From Gemmatimonadales bacterium (lineage in GTDB: Bacteria > Gemmatimonadota > Gemmatimonadetes > Gemmatimonadales > GWC2-71-9): a stretch of DNA of 64,000 nucleotides. The notes below the pieces were generated by a model, which had not been told where the DNA came from, made no database searches, and was given only the letters and a program-made list of their open reading frames with translations. This document shows positions 9,571-19,013 of this stretch, piece by piece; position 1 is the stretch's first letter; every line of letters starts with the position of its first letter. The stretch covers positions 704,001 through 768,000 of the forward strand of contig OZ252244.1 in NCBI GenBank assembly GCA_965249575.1, given 5' to 3'. The translations under genes were made by a program, and so were the position numbers.

Positions 9571-10668
9571 TCAGGAACTCAGGCCGGCTTTCTCGGCGAA
9601 ATCCTTGAACAGGCGCTCGTCCTCGGGGGTGAGCCGCTCGGGAATGGTGACCGCCACCTCCACGAACTGATCCCCACGCCGGCCGTTACGCTCGATCCCC
9701 TGCCCCTTGATTCGAAATTTCCGTCCCGGTTGCGTACCAGGAGGGATCCTGAGCACCACCCGTTTACCCGAGAGCGTTCGAACGCGGAGCTTGGTGCCGA
9801 GAAGTGCCTGGGCCAGGTTGATCGGGACCGTGCAGTGCACGTCGAGACCGGCCCGCCTCAGAAAGGCATCGGGCTGAACCTGGAAGACCACGACCAGGTC
9901 GCCTGGAGCCCCCCCTCTCGGCCCGGGCTGACCCTGCCCCTTTAATCGCAGTCTCTGCCCCGAATCGGTTCCAGGCGGCACCGTGACCATCAACCGCCGG
10001 TTCACCGACACCTCGCCTTGACCCGTGCACTTGGGGCACGGCGTGCTGGCCACGCGTCCGCGTCCGCGACAAGCCGGGCACGGCCGAGTCACCGCAAATC
10101 CACCCTGCCCAAAACTCACCGCGCCTCGGCCCTTGCACTCTCCGCAGGGTGTGACGCTGGCGCCAGGAGCGCCGCCGGATCCGCCACAGCTCGGACACGT
10201 ATCGGTCACTGGAACGGTGACGGGAATCTTGCCACCGAGCGCCGCCATGCGGAAAGGAATCTCGATCGACAACTCGACGGGCTCGACCTCTGCCCCACCC
10301 CCGCCACGGCCCCAACCGAAAATGGTCGAAAAGATGTCACCGAGTCCTCCGAAGCCACCGCCAGCATTGAAGTCCTCGAACCGGATTCCGCCGGGGCCCG
10401 TCCCCGGTCCACCCCTACCCCCGGGGCCCGTACCAGCCCCGAATGCCCCGAACTTCCGCATCGCGTCATACCGTTTGCGTTTGTCAGGATCACCCAGGAC
10501 CGTGTGTGCTTCAGAAAGCTCCTTGAATCGCTCCGCCGCAGCCGTGTCGTCTGGGTTGGCGTCGGGATGGTATCGCTTGGCGAGACGACGGTAGGCCTTC
10601 TTGATCTCCTCATCGCCCGCCGCTTCGCCGACACCCAGGACGCGGTAGTAGTCTTTTCCCGCAGCCAT
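9571..10668 (-). CDS. dnaJ: Molecular chaperone DnaJ
   Basis: DYYRVLGV, HPD, G/F region, four CxxCxGxG repeats. Confidence 0.95.
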   Translation of the reverse strand: MAAGKDYYRVLGVGEAAGDEEIKKAYRRLAKRYHPDANPDDTAAAERFKELSEAHTVLGDPDKRKRYDAMRKFGAFGAGTGPGGRGGPGTGPGGIRFEDFNAGGGFGGLGDIFSTIFGWGRGGGGAEVEPVELSIEIPFRMAALGGKIPVTVPVTDTCPSCGGSGGAPGASVTPCGECKGRGAVSFGQGGFAVTRPCPACRGRGRVASTPCPKCTGQGEVSVNRRLMVTVPPGTDSGQRLRLKGQGQPGPRGGAPGDLVVVFQVQPDAFLRRAGLDVHCTVPINLAQALLGTKLRVRTLSGKRVVLRIPPGTQPGRKFRIKGQGIERNGRRGDQFVEVAVTIPERLTPEDERLFKDFAEKAGLSS

Positions 10669-10669
10669 G

Positions 10670-11260
10670 CTAGCCTTCGGCTCCCCCAGCCGGATCTGCT
10701 TCGTCCTGCCACATGTGGACTTGCACTCGCGCCGGTCGCAACAGCGCCCCGCCAAACCGATATCCAACTTGGAGGACTGCCGCGACCTGGTGGTCCTGCT
10801 CCTGTCGCTCAGCCGGCAGCGCAGCAACGGCTTCGTGGAGACCGGGATCGAACGGTTCCCCGACCTTACCCACCCGCTCCAATCCGGCGCCTTCGAGCTC
10901 GTGAAGCAGCTTGCGCTCGACCAATTCGACCCCGGTGATGACGTCCGCGGCGCTCGAGCCGTCGGGGTCGAGGGCGGCAACGCGGCCCAAATCATCCAGC
11001 GCATCGAGGATCCCGGAGACCACCTCGGCCTTCGCCAGGCGCTGTGTCTGAGTCCGCTCCCTCGCTGTCCGCTTCCGGAAATTCTCGAACTCGGCTGCCA
11101 CGCGGAGGTACCGGTCGCTTAGCTCGTCCCGTTCAGCGCTCAACCGGTCTACCGCTGCCTCCGGTCGCTCCACAAGCCCGTGCGGCGGTGAGGCCTCCGC
11201 GGTGTTGGGCAACGCATCTGGCGCGCGCTCTCCCGTTGCCTCGTGTTGGTCAGGCTTCAC
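10670..11260 (-). CDS. grpE: Nucleotide exchange factor GrpE
   Basis: LRVAAEFENFRKR, FDPGLHEAV, GY...LLRPARV; start estimated. Confidence 0.9.
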   Translation of the reverse strand: MKPDQHEATGERAPDALPNTAEASPPHGLVERPEAAVDRLSAERDELSDRYLRVAAEFENFRKRTARERTQTQRLAKAEVVSGILDALDDLGRVAALDPDGSSAADVITGVELVERKLLHELEGAGLERVGKVGEPFDPGLHEAVAALPAERQEQDHQVAAVLQVGYRFGGALLRPARVQVHMWQDEADPAGGAEG

Positions 11261-11489
11261 CGCGGGTGACCTCCCCTTTGGACGAGGTGTTGTTCCGTCA
11301 GGCACAATACATCCCTTCAACGGTCGTAGGGCTCGACGTCCAGCTGAACGGCTGGATCGGAGGGCGCGCGGCTCGGCGCGGCCCCGCCCGCGGTTTTCCC
11401 TCAACCAAAACGGACAGCCTTGCACTGGGTGGCACGAAATGTACCAGGGCTAGCCGCCGAAACGGCAGGCCTTGGGGACTGCGAGCCGG

Positions 11490-12734
11490 TCAATCCAGCA
11501 GTCGCCGGAGAAGGTCGAAGGCGGCCTGAGCGCTTCGGTGGCGCACGTCGGTGCGGTCACCCGGTAGTGCCAGATGGACGGCCCGTTCTTTCTCGCGTGC
11601 TTTAGCCGCCACCCATACGGTACCGACAGGCTTGTCCGGGCCGCCGCCCGTCGGGCCCGCCACCCCGGTCACCGCGATGCTCGCCTCGGTCCCGAGCTGG
11701 CGCCCCACACCCCTAACCATGGCCAGCACCACGGCTTCGCTCACGGCGCCGTGTTGCGCCAGGGTCGACTCGTTCACTTCCAGAAGACGCTGCTTGGCCT
11801 CGTTCGAGTAAGCCACCGTCCCGCCCACGAACACTGAGGAGGCACCTGGGACGGCGGTCAGTCGTTGGCTGACGAGACCTCCGGTGCAGGACTCAGCGAC
11901 CGACAGGGTGAGACCGCGCGCTTCAAGGTGTTCCAGCACGACGGCGGCGACGTCGGCTTCCCCCTCGCCATAGACGTTGCGACCCAGCGCCGGCCGCAGC
12001 TTCCGTACGGCCTTCTCCAGCTCCCGGTCGGCCTCGTCTGGGGCGAGCCGCCAAACCGTGAGCCGCAAGTCCACCCCCTCGAGAGATGGCAGGTAGGCGA
12101 GTGTAGCGGGAAGGAGCGCGTCCTCGATCTCTCCAACCGCTTCGGCGAGCGCTGACTCAGCGATGCCGGTCGTCCGAAGCACACGGGATCGAATCACCCT
12201 CCGTCTTTCAGTGTCGACGGTCCGCCCCAGGCGGGGGAGCACCTCGTGCTCCAGCAGCCCGCGCATCTCTCGGGGCACGCCAGGGAGCATCACGACGGTA
12301 CCGGGTGCCCCTTCGAGCCACAGCCCCGGAGCGGTTCCCCATCTATTGGGCAGCACCTCGGCGCCGCGCGGAATTTCCGCCTGGGTCCGGTTGATTGCCG
12401 GCATGGGGCCGCGGCCCAGGCGGAAGAAACGGGCTCTTAGTTCTTCGAGATATGCCGTGTCGACTTCGAGTGGGGCGCCGAAGAGGGAGGCGACCACGCG
12501 TTTCGTCATGTCGTCGCGGGTAGGCCCCAGACCGCCCGTCGTGAGGACGAAGCCCGTACGAGCCAGCGCCCCGCGCGCTCCGTCCGCGATAGCGGACTCG
12601 TCATCCGGCACGGTCGTCTTCCTGACAAGGCGCGCCCCGACGGAGGCTAAGGCGCGCGCGATTTCAGCGGAATTGGTGTCGACGGTAAACCCGAGCAAGA
12701 TCTCCGTACCGATTGTCAGTAGCTCAAGGTCCAT
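11490..12734 (-). CDS. cinA: Competence/damage-inducible protein A (CinA, with PncC domain)
   Basis: IGTEILLG..VDTN, GGLGPTRDDMT, PGVPREM, AESCTGG, GVAGPTGG..KPVGTV. Confidence 0.92.
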   Translation of the reverse strand: MDLELLTIGTEILLGFTVDTNSAEIARALASVGARLVRKTTVPDDESAIADGARGALARTGFVLTTGGLGPTRDDMTKRVVASLFGAPLEVDTAYLEELRARFFRLGRGPMPAINRTQAEIPRGAEVLPNRWGTAPGLWLEGAPGTVVMLPGVPREMRGLLEHEVLPRLGRTVDTERRRVIRSRVLRTTGIAESALAEAVGEIEDALLPATLAYLPSLEGVDLRLTVWRLAPDEADRELEKAVRKLRPALGRNVYGEGEADVAAVVLEHLEARGLTLSVAESCTGGLVSQRLTAVPGASSVFVGGTVAYSNEAKQRLLEVNESTLAQHGAVSEAVVLAMVRGVGRQLGTEASIAVTGVAGPTGGGPDKPVGTVWVAAKAREKERAVHLALPGDRTDVRHRSAQAAFDLLRRLLD

Positions 12735-13401
12735 CGCCGGCGCCGGATCCGGAAATCGGGGCCGCCCGGAAGAGCGTGCGATACCGGTACACATAGACCA
12801 CGAGTGAGTAGCACGTGAGGATGACGGCAACTCCGAGGGTGACTGAGACGAGGGTGCCGTGGAAACGCTCCCACAACTGGCCCAACCACCCCCGCTCCCA
12901 CCCGAAGGCAGCTCGCAGGTCCTTCCAGGCAAACCAGGCGATCGTCGCGCCGATGAAGATGTCCTGAACGATCGTCTTGGCTTTTCCGGCTCCTACGGCC
13001 GGGATCACCACCCCACGTCGCTTCGCGACGCGGCGAAGCACCGTCATGGCCAACTCCCGCCCGACCAGCAGTAGGGCCACCCAAAGCGGCAGGTTCCCCC
13101 ACCACGGGATCTCGTATTGCCGCATGGGATAGCGCGTGATCCAGTAGATCGGGATCAGCGTCGCAAACAGCAACAGTTTGTCGGCGAGGGGATCCAGCTC
13201 CTTCCCGAAATCCGTAATCTGATTCCGCTCCCGAGCCAGCCGGCCATCGTAGATGTCGCTAATTGCCGCCACGAGAAAGACTAGGAAGGCGATGAGTTTC
13301 GGAAGGTAGCCGTTGATGAACGGCAGGAGCGCGATGACCGGAGTAAGCGCGATCCGTGCCAATGTGAGGACGTTCGGCAGGGTCCAGATCGCACTATCCA
13401 T
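12724..13401 (-). CDS. pgsA: CDP-alcohol phosphatidyltransferase (PgsA-like)
   Basis: LPNVLTLAR, DIYDGRLAR...FGKELDPLADK; adjacent to cinA. Confidence 0.85.
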   Translation of the reverse strand: MDSAIWTLPNVLTLARIALTPVIALLPFINGYLPKLIAFLVFLVAAISDIYDGRLARERNQITDFGKELDPLADKLLLFATLIPIYWITRYPMRQYEIPWWGNLPLWVALLLVGRELAMTVLRRVAKRRGVVIPAVGAGKAKTIVQDIFIGATIAWFAWKDLRAAFGWERGWLGQLWERFHGTLVSVTLGVAVILTCYSLVVYVYRYRTLFRAAPISGSGAGDGP

Positions 13402-14075
13402 TAGCTGAGCGTCTTTAGCACCATCTTCGCAACGGCCTTGAGGGTCTCGAACACTCCTTCACCCGTGACGGCCACCGATTCGAAATACGGAGAGCGTTCG
13501 ATCCACGCTCCGTCGCGTTGTTCCACAAGCAACTCCCCCGAATGCCACGGGTCAGGCGTTTGCTTTTGTTTCGCCGCGTCCTCGACCGGCCAACCTGGGT
13601 TGAGCTGGCCCTGGAGGTCAGCGATGGGTGCGGCGTTGGGGAGGTCGCGCTTGTTGTACTGAATGACGAACGGAATCTTAGTCAGGTCGTAGCCGTACTG
13701 GGCCATGTTATCGTACAGATTCTGCATCGACTCGATGTTGGCTTCCATGCGCTCCAGCTGGCTGTCGGCAACGAACACCACGCCGTCGACGCCCTTGAGA
13801 ATGAGCTTTCGGGACGCATTGTAGTACACCTGACCGGGGACCGTGTACAGGTGGAATCGCGTTTTGAATCCGCGGATCGTTCCCAAATCGACCGGCAGGA
13901 AGTCGAAGAAAAGGGTCCGCTCCGTCTCAGTTGCCAGAGAGACCATCTTCCCACGAGTGTCAGGGTCGACTTTGCCGTACACCAGTTCGAGGTTGGTGGT
14001 TTTGCCTCCGAGGCCCGGCCCGTAGTAGACCAGTTTGCAGTTGATCTCGCGGGAGGCGTAGTTGATCGTCGACAT
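13401..14075 (-). CDS. mglA: MglA family small Ras-like GTPase
   Basis: [34 protein letters not shown]. Confidence 0.95.
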   Translation of the reverse strand: MSTINYASREINCKLVYYGPGLGGKTTNLELVYGKVDPDTRGKMVSLATETERTLFFDFLPVDLGTIRGFKTRFHLYTVPGQVYYNASRKLILKGVDGVVFVADSQLERMEANIESMQNLYDNMAQYGYDLTKIPFVIQYNKRDLPNAAPIADLQGQLNPGWPVEDAAKQKQTPDPWHSGELLVEQRDGAWIERSPYFESVAVTGEGVFETLKAVAKMVLKTLS

Positions 14076-14093
14076 GAACGGTCGCGCCTCCCG

Positions 14094-14588
14094 CTAGTCG
14101 CCGAAGAGTTTGTCAATCTCGTCCTCGGCGCCTTCGAGGAGACCGGTCTTCTCCTCGAGCGCGCCGTCGCCGGCTGGGCGGCTGAACATGTCTTCGAACA
14201 GCTTCGTCAAATCCAGGACTGCGTGCTTTACCTTGAGCCGCACGAGCCCCACCGTCGTCCGCTCGTCAAACAGGACCACCAAAATCACACGACGGGCCAC
14301 GTCAGCCAGGTACATCGATTCCTTTTCACCCTGATGAAAGAGGGACGCGAACTCCGGTTCGCCGATCATCTTGGCCAGCTGATCGTTCGCGCTAAAATCC
14401 GCTGCCGTGAGAGATGCAAATGCGGTGGGGTCGAAGGAGAGCTGCTCTCCGGCGTTAGCCAGCAACTGTCCCGTCCGATCCACGACCAGGGCGCACCGCG
14501 CCTGGGACTCCTTCAGGAGTATGATCAGGGACTCGGTGATGCGCTTGTGGTCACCTTCTCCGATTGACCACGTGCCCGCACCGCTCAT
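14094..14588 (-). CDS. mglB: MglB roadblock/LC7 GTPase-activating protein
   Basis: LVVDRTGQLL, FASL.AADF.A, LFHQGEKES, GLVRLKVK; directly upstream of mglA. Confidence 0.9.
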   Translation of the reverse strand: MSGAGTWSIGEGDHKRITESLIILLKESQARCALVVDRTGQLLANAGEQLSFDPTAFASLTAADFSANDQLAKMIGEPEFASLFHQGEKESMYLADVARRVILVVLFDERTTVGLVRLKVKHAVLDLTKLFEDMFSRPAGDGALEEKTGLLEGAEDEIDKLFGD

Positions 14589-14600
14589 GGGCGCCTCGCG

Positions 14601-14867
14601 TTATCCAAGTTTCGTTTCCATCCGCCGCACGATCATCTCAGCTCGCCTCTGCAGCATGGGGTTCTGCTCCCACGCCAGATAGTCTCGGAGCAACCGCACC
14701 GCGTCGACACTCGGATTCCCGTTGAGGTAGCCCAGCGCCGACAGCCGTCTCAACGGCCGGCTGCTGAACAAGTCTCGACGGTGACGCCCCATCGAATGCT
14801 GCGCGAGCGCCACCCCCATCGCCGTCCCTACGCCGAGGCCAATCAACAACGGCCTGATCCGCGCCAC
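14601..14867 (-). CDS. Small hypothetical protein (N-terminal hydrophobic helix, HEAT-like helices)
   Basis: 88 aa; GTG overlaps the recR stop; ends 12 nt before mglB. Confidence 0.7.
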   Translation of the reverse strand: MARIRPLLIGLGVGTAMGVALAQHSMGRHRRDLFSSRPLRRLSALGYLNGNPSVDAVRLLRDYLAWEQNPMLQRRAEMIVRRMETKLG

Positions 14868-15463
14868 TAGGAATGCATCTCTCGGCGGGCGGCCAGCGCC
14901 TGAGCGATGGTCACCCCATCGGCGTATTCGAGCTCGCCGCCAACGGGCAATCCCAGTGCGATGCGCGTCAACCGGACGGTCGGCCGCTCCAGCACACCGC
15001 GAAGATACGTCGCCGTGACCTCCCCCTCCATCGAAGGGTTGGTCGCGACAATTACCTCGGTGATGCGCGAACCGTTGCCCAGGCGGTCGACGAGGGACCG
15101 AACGCGTAAATCCGCGGGTCCGATACCGTCCAGTGGCGAAAGGTGCCCGCCTAGGACATGATAGGTGCCGCGATACTCGCCCGTTCGTTCGATCGCGCCA
15201 ATGTCGGACGCCTCTTCAACCACACAAATCGTCGCAGGGTCGCGCCGGGGATCCGCGCAAATCTCGCAGGGATCAGTCTCCGTCAGGTTGCCACATACGG
15301 AACACGGCGCGACCCGGTCCGCGACGGCCCGGATCGATGCCGCAAGACGTTCCAGGGCCTCGGGCGCCTGTTTGAGCAGGTGGTATGTCAGGCGCGCGGC
15401 CGTCTTTCTACCGATCCCCGGGAGCCTTTCCAGTTCCGCGCTCAGGTCACCGATAGCTGACAC
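14867..15463 (-). CDS. recR: Recombination protein RecR
   Basis: LPGIGRKTAARL, CxxC/CxxC zinc finger, YHVLGG.LSPLDG, EGEVTA, LEYAD. Confidence 0.95.
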   Translation of the reverse strand: MSAIGDLSAELERLPGIGRKTAARLTYHLLKQAPEALERLAASIRAVADRVAPCSVCGNLTETDPCEICADPRRDPATICVVEEASDIGAIERTGEYRGTYHVLGGHLSPLDGIGPADLRVRSLVDRLGNGSRITEVIVATNPSMEGEVTATYLRGVLERPTVRLTRIALGLPVGGELEYADGVTIAQALAARREMHS

Positions 15464-15467
15464 TGCT

Positions 15468-15785
15468 CTAGAGTGGTAGCTGAAACGGAAGGGGAAGACC
15501 CCCGGCCGCCTTGTGCAGCTCATCGCGATACATCTGCTCGGCCCGACGCTGCGCATCCGTGATCGCCGCGAGCACGAGGTCTTCGAGCATCTCGACGTCG
15601 GCGTCCGCCACAGCGGCAGGATCGATCCGGAGTGTCCGCAACTGGCCTCGCCCATCGACTGTCGCCTTGACCATCCCCCCCCCCGCGGAGCCTGTAACGG
15701 CACGCTGCGCCAACTCGGTCTGCATCTGGTTGAGCCGGACCTGCATTTGCTGGCCCAGCTGCAGGATTTGCGAGAAATCAGCCAT
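15468..15785 (-). CDS. ybaB: YbaB/EbfC nucleoid-associated protein
   Basis: GSAGGGMVKA, EMLEDLVLAA; between dnaX and recR. Confidence 0.9.
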   Translation of the reverse strand: MADFSQILQLGQQMQVRLNQMQTELAQRAVTGSAGGGMVKATVDGRGQLRTLRIDPAAVADADVEMLEDLVLAAITDAQRRAEQMYRDELHKAAGGLPLPFQLPL

Positions 15786-15849
15786 GGCGATCAAGTCCCT
15801 AACTTCGTGACAAACTCCAAGTTACCGTTGCCGCGAAAGGCTCGCAAGC

Positions 15850-17502
15850 TCAATCGAGGAGCTCTAAATCGAGTGCATCGGCCGCGGCGTCCAGGGCTTT
15901 GTCCCGGTCTCGGTACCGGCGCAGCCGCTGGTCCCGATCGGACCGCTGGTCGCGGCGCCGAGGCTCTGTGGCACCCTCATTCGCCGACTCCTCCGGCTGG
16001 AAGATCACTCGCATGGCCTCGCCCACGACTTCGCTGATGGAGTTCTCGACGACCGACCGGCTTTTCTTGAGGCCCTCGACGTGCACCGTCCCGCCTGGCA
16101 CTGAGAGCGTCACATTCCCAGGGGAAACGTCGACAGGTTTCGAGCCTGCGAGGGCCTCTTGCACGACCCGCCGGCGTTGGCCGACCAGCTCGACTACGCG
16201 AGGCCACGCAGCGACGAACTCCGCAAGCGAGGTCGATCCTGGCGTCTTTTTGACCGTTTGGGGGACGGACAGCGGTGGAACGGCCGGCGGAGGCGGCGGG
16301 GGGGGCGGGGGGGGCCGTGGCGATGGCTCCCGACTCGACGTTTCCGGATTATTGGCAGCGGAAGGACGGCCCAATGCGTCGATCACCTCCGCAAGCTCGA
16401 CCGTACGATCCATTAACGTCCACTGGACCAATAGGGCCTCGACATGGAGCCTTGGATGCGGACTCTTCGGGATGAGCAGCTCGACCTCGGCGAGCAGCTT
16501 GAGCATGCGGAGCGCATCGCCAACCGGGAACCGGGCGGCGTGCCGCTCGACCGCCGCCGCCATCACCCCACCCAGGTCATCTACCCCGACGCCGAGGTTC
16601 TGGCGCATCAACGATCGGAGCACGTCGCCGGCACCCGAGAGGAATTCAGCGAGGTCCGCGCCGGACTCAGCGAGTTGTTCCACGAACCGAAAGACCCTCG
16701 CCGAGTCCCGCGCCGCGACGAGGTCGAGCATGTCCGCGTACGCCTCTTCCCCGATCAGGCCGAGGCCGTCCCGAACGCTTGAGACGGTCACCTCTCCCTC
16801 CCCGAAGACGAGCGCCTGGTCCAACAGCGAGAGCGCGTCGCGCATCCCCCCGGCCGCCACCCTGGCAATGAGTGCTACCGCTCCGTCCTCAATCGCGATC
16901 TCCTCCCGCTGCGCCACGTAGCGCATCCGCTCGGCGATCGCTTGCGACCCGATGCGACGGAAGTCGAATCGCTGGACGCGGCTCAGAACCGGAGCCGCCG
17001 TGTTGGCGATCTTTTGTGGGTCGGTCGTCGCAAACACGAACACGACACGAGGAGGGGGTTCTTCGAGGATCTTCAGCAGCGCGTTCCAGGCCTCCCGGGT
17101 CAACATGTGGGCCTCGTCCACGATGTAGACCTTGTGACGATCTGGTCCGCTCGCAGCGTACATCGCGCGCTCCCGGAGATCACGCGCGTCGTCCACTCCC
17201 CGGTTGCTGGCGGCGTCGATCTCGACAACGTCCAGGTTGGCTCCGCCCGACCAGATGCGCTGGCAGGACTCACACTCTCCGCACGGCTCGCCTGTATCGG
17301 TGCGCTCCGCGCAATTGAGGACCATGGCGAGAATGCGGGCCGCACTCGTCTTTCCGACACCGCGGGGTCCGGTGAGGAGATAGGCGTGGGCTACCCGGTT
17401 CCTCGCAACAGCCCCTGCAAGCCCCGCAGCTATGTGTTCCTGGCCCACGAGATCGGCGAATCGTGTTGGGCGGTATTTTCGGGCGAGAGCAGTATGAGTC
17501 AT
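15850..17502 (-). CDS. dnaX: DNA polymerase III subunit gamma/tau
   Basis: LARKYRP, GPRGVGKT, EIDAASNRGVDD, DEAHML, LLKILEEPP; Pro-rich linker. Confidence 0.97.
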   Translation of the reverse strand: MTHTALARKYRPTRFADLVGQEHIAAGLAGAVARNRVAHAYLLTGPRGVGKTSAARILAMVLNCAERTDTGEPCGECESCQRIWSGGANLDVVEIDAASNRGVDDARDLRERAMYAASGPDRHKVYIVDEAHMLTREAWNALLKILEEPPPRVVFVFATTDPQKIANTAAPVLSRVQRFDFRRIGSQAIAERMRYVAQREEIAIEDGAVALIARVAAGGMRDALSLLDQALVFGEGEVTVSSVRDGLGLIGEEAYADMLDLVAARDSARVFRFVEQLAESGADLAEFLSGAGDVLRSLMRQNLGVGVDDLGGVMAAAVERHAARFPVGDALRMLKLLAEVELLIPKSPHPRLHVEALLVQWTLMDRTVELAEVIDALGRPSAANNPETSSREPSPRPPPPPPPPPPAVPPLSVPQTVKKTPGSTSLAEFVAAWPRVVELVGQRRRVVQEALAGSKPVDVSPGNVTLSVPGGTVHVEGLKKSRSVVENSISEVVGEAMRVIFQPEESANEGATEPRRRDQRSDRDQRLRRYRDRDKALDAAADALDLELLD

Positions 17503-17517
17503 CGATGGCCCTGAGGT

Positions 17518-17614
17518 GCCCCAGGCGACCCGAAGCGACACGCATCATCGCTTAGCGCTGCTACCTGCGCGGTTCTGACGCGGTTCACGCGCACGCGCCC
17601 TCCGGACCTGGGGC
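17518..17614 (-). ncRNA. ffs: Small signal recognition particle RNA (4.5S)
   Basis: Minus strand GUGAACCGCGUCAGAACCGCGCAGGUAGCAGCGCUAAGCG closed by a GCCCCAGG/CCUGGGGC terminal stem; directly upstream of dnaX; TACCTT -10-like hexamer 6 nt upstream. Confidence 0.85.
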
Positions 17615-17711
17615 GAGAGTAAGGTACCTACTTCGATAGGTGCCAACCACCCCGCCGATACCTGGCCGGCGGGCGGCACTGCGAGCATCCCAGTGCACCG
17701 CTGTCGCCGCG

Positions 17712-18991
17712 TTACCCGCGGGTCGACGCCCGAGACCAGGTATCGGGCAGGACGAGCACCAAGAGGGTATAGAATTCGAGGCGGCCCAGCAGCATAAGTC
17801 CCGTCAGGGTCACATGGGCAGCCGGACCAACGTCACCATAGTGGGCGGCCGGACCGACTGCCCCCAGTCCGGGCCCGATGCTCGACATCGCGGCCAGCGC
17901 CGCGCTCCCGGCCGTAACCAGGTCGCTGCCAAGTCCGGTCAGCACCAGCGTGCCGACCGCATGGGTCGCCACGTAGAGCGCAAGGAATGCCATGACGTTC
18001 ATGAGCGCTTCCGGCCGCACCGCTGTCTTTCCGACCCGGGTGACGATGACGGCCCGCGGATGTAGGACCTTCCGTATCTCTCCCACCGCATGCTGTGTCA
18101 TGACAACGAACCGCACAACCTTGAACCCGCCCCCGGTGGACCCGCCCATCGCACCGACGAACATGAAGCCGAGGAGGAGTGCCTGCAGAACGGTCGGCCA
18201 CACACCGAAATCCGATACGACGAACCCAGTCGTGGTCGCCACCGACACGACGCTGAACGTCGCCGCACGAAGGGACTCCAGGCTCCAGTCTCCACTGGAC
18301 AACCCCAGCACGAGAAACGCGATCAGGGAGCCGCCCGCGGCGCATGTCGCGAACCATCGCCATTCGACGTCGCGTAGCCACGCACCGGGGCTACCAGTCA
18401 TCACACGGTAGTGCAACGTGAAGTTCGTTCCGGCCAAAAGCATGAACGCGACGGTCACCCACTGAATCGCGTGCGAGTAGACGCCGATCGAGCCGCTTCG
18501 CGTCGAAAAGCCCCCCGTGGCGAGCGTGCTCATCGCATGATTCGCCGCGTCGAACACCGACATGCCCAGAGCCAGGTAAATCACGCCCAGTACGGCTGTC
18601 ATCGACGCGTACACGACCCAGAGTAACCGTGCCGTCGACGCGATCCGCGGTTTCAGACGGTCGGTCGCGATCCCGGGTGCCTCAGCGTGGAATAGCTGCG
18701 CGCCACCCACTCCGAGCAGGGGAAGGATCGCCACGCCCAGCACGATGATTCCCATGCCGCCGAGCCAGTGGCTGACGCTGCGCCACAGGAGGACACTCCG
18801 CGGCAGTGCCTCGATGGTGGCGAAGACAGTGGCCCCGGTCGTGGTGAACCCAGAGGCCGACTCGAACAGAGCCGCCGCGAGGGTTGGCACGACACCGGTC
18901 GTCATAAACGGGATACTGCCAGCCGCGACGACGGCGAGTCGAGCACGCCCCCGCACATTGGCCCACACGGTCTGCTGATGCGCTTGTTCAT
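17712..18991 (-). pseudogene. trkH: TrkH potassium uptake membrane protein, N-terminally truncated
   Basis: Four pore loops (FTTTG, LATGG, TTTGF, SIGPG) and GRLE present; roughly the first 70-80 residues are missing and there is no room before the upstream gene. Confidence 0.75.
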
Positions 18992-19013
18992 CGGGACGGA
19001 GATCTCGCCGGGG

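Noticed and set aside
11400..11460. CIRCE or sigma54 element upstream of grpE
   Set aside because: No TTAGCACTC-N9-GAGTGCTAA match; only a weak GG-N10-GC resemblance
16246..16252. C_AAA_AAG in dnaX at codons about 418-419, near where E. coli frameshifts to make gamma
   Set aside because: Not the full A_AAA_AAG heptamer, no clear stimulatory hairpin, and the -1 frame runs about 90 codons before a stop
16286..16316. G/C homopolymer tracts in dnaX as a phase-variation site
   Set aside because: Explained by the in-frame poly-proline linker of an essential gene
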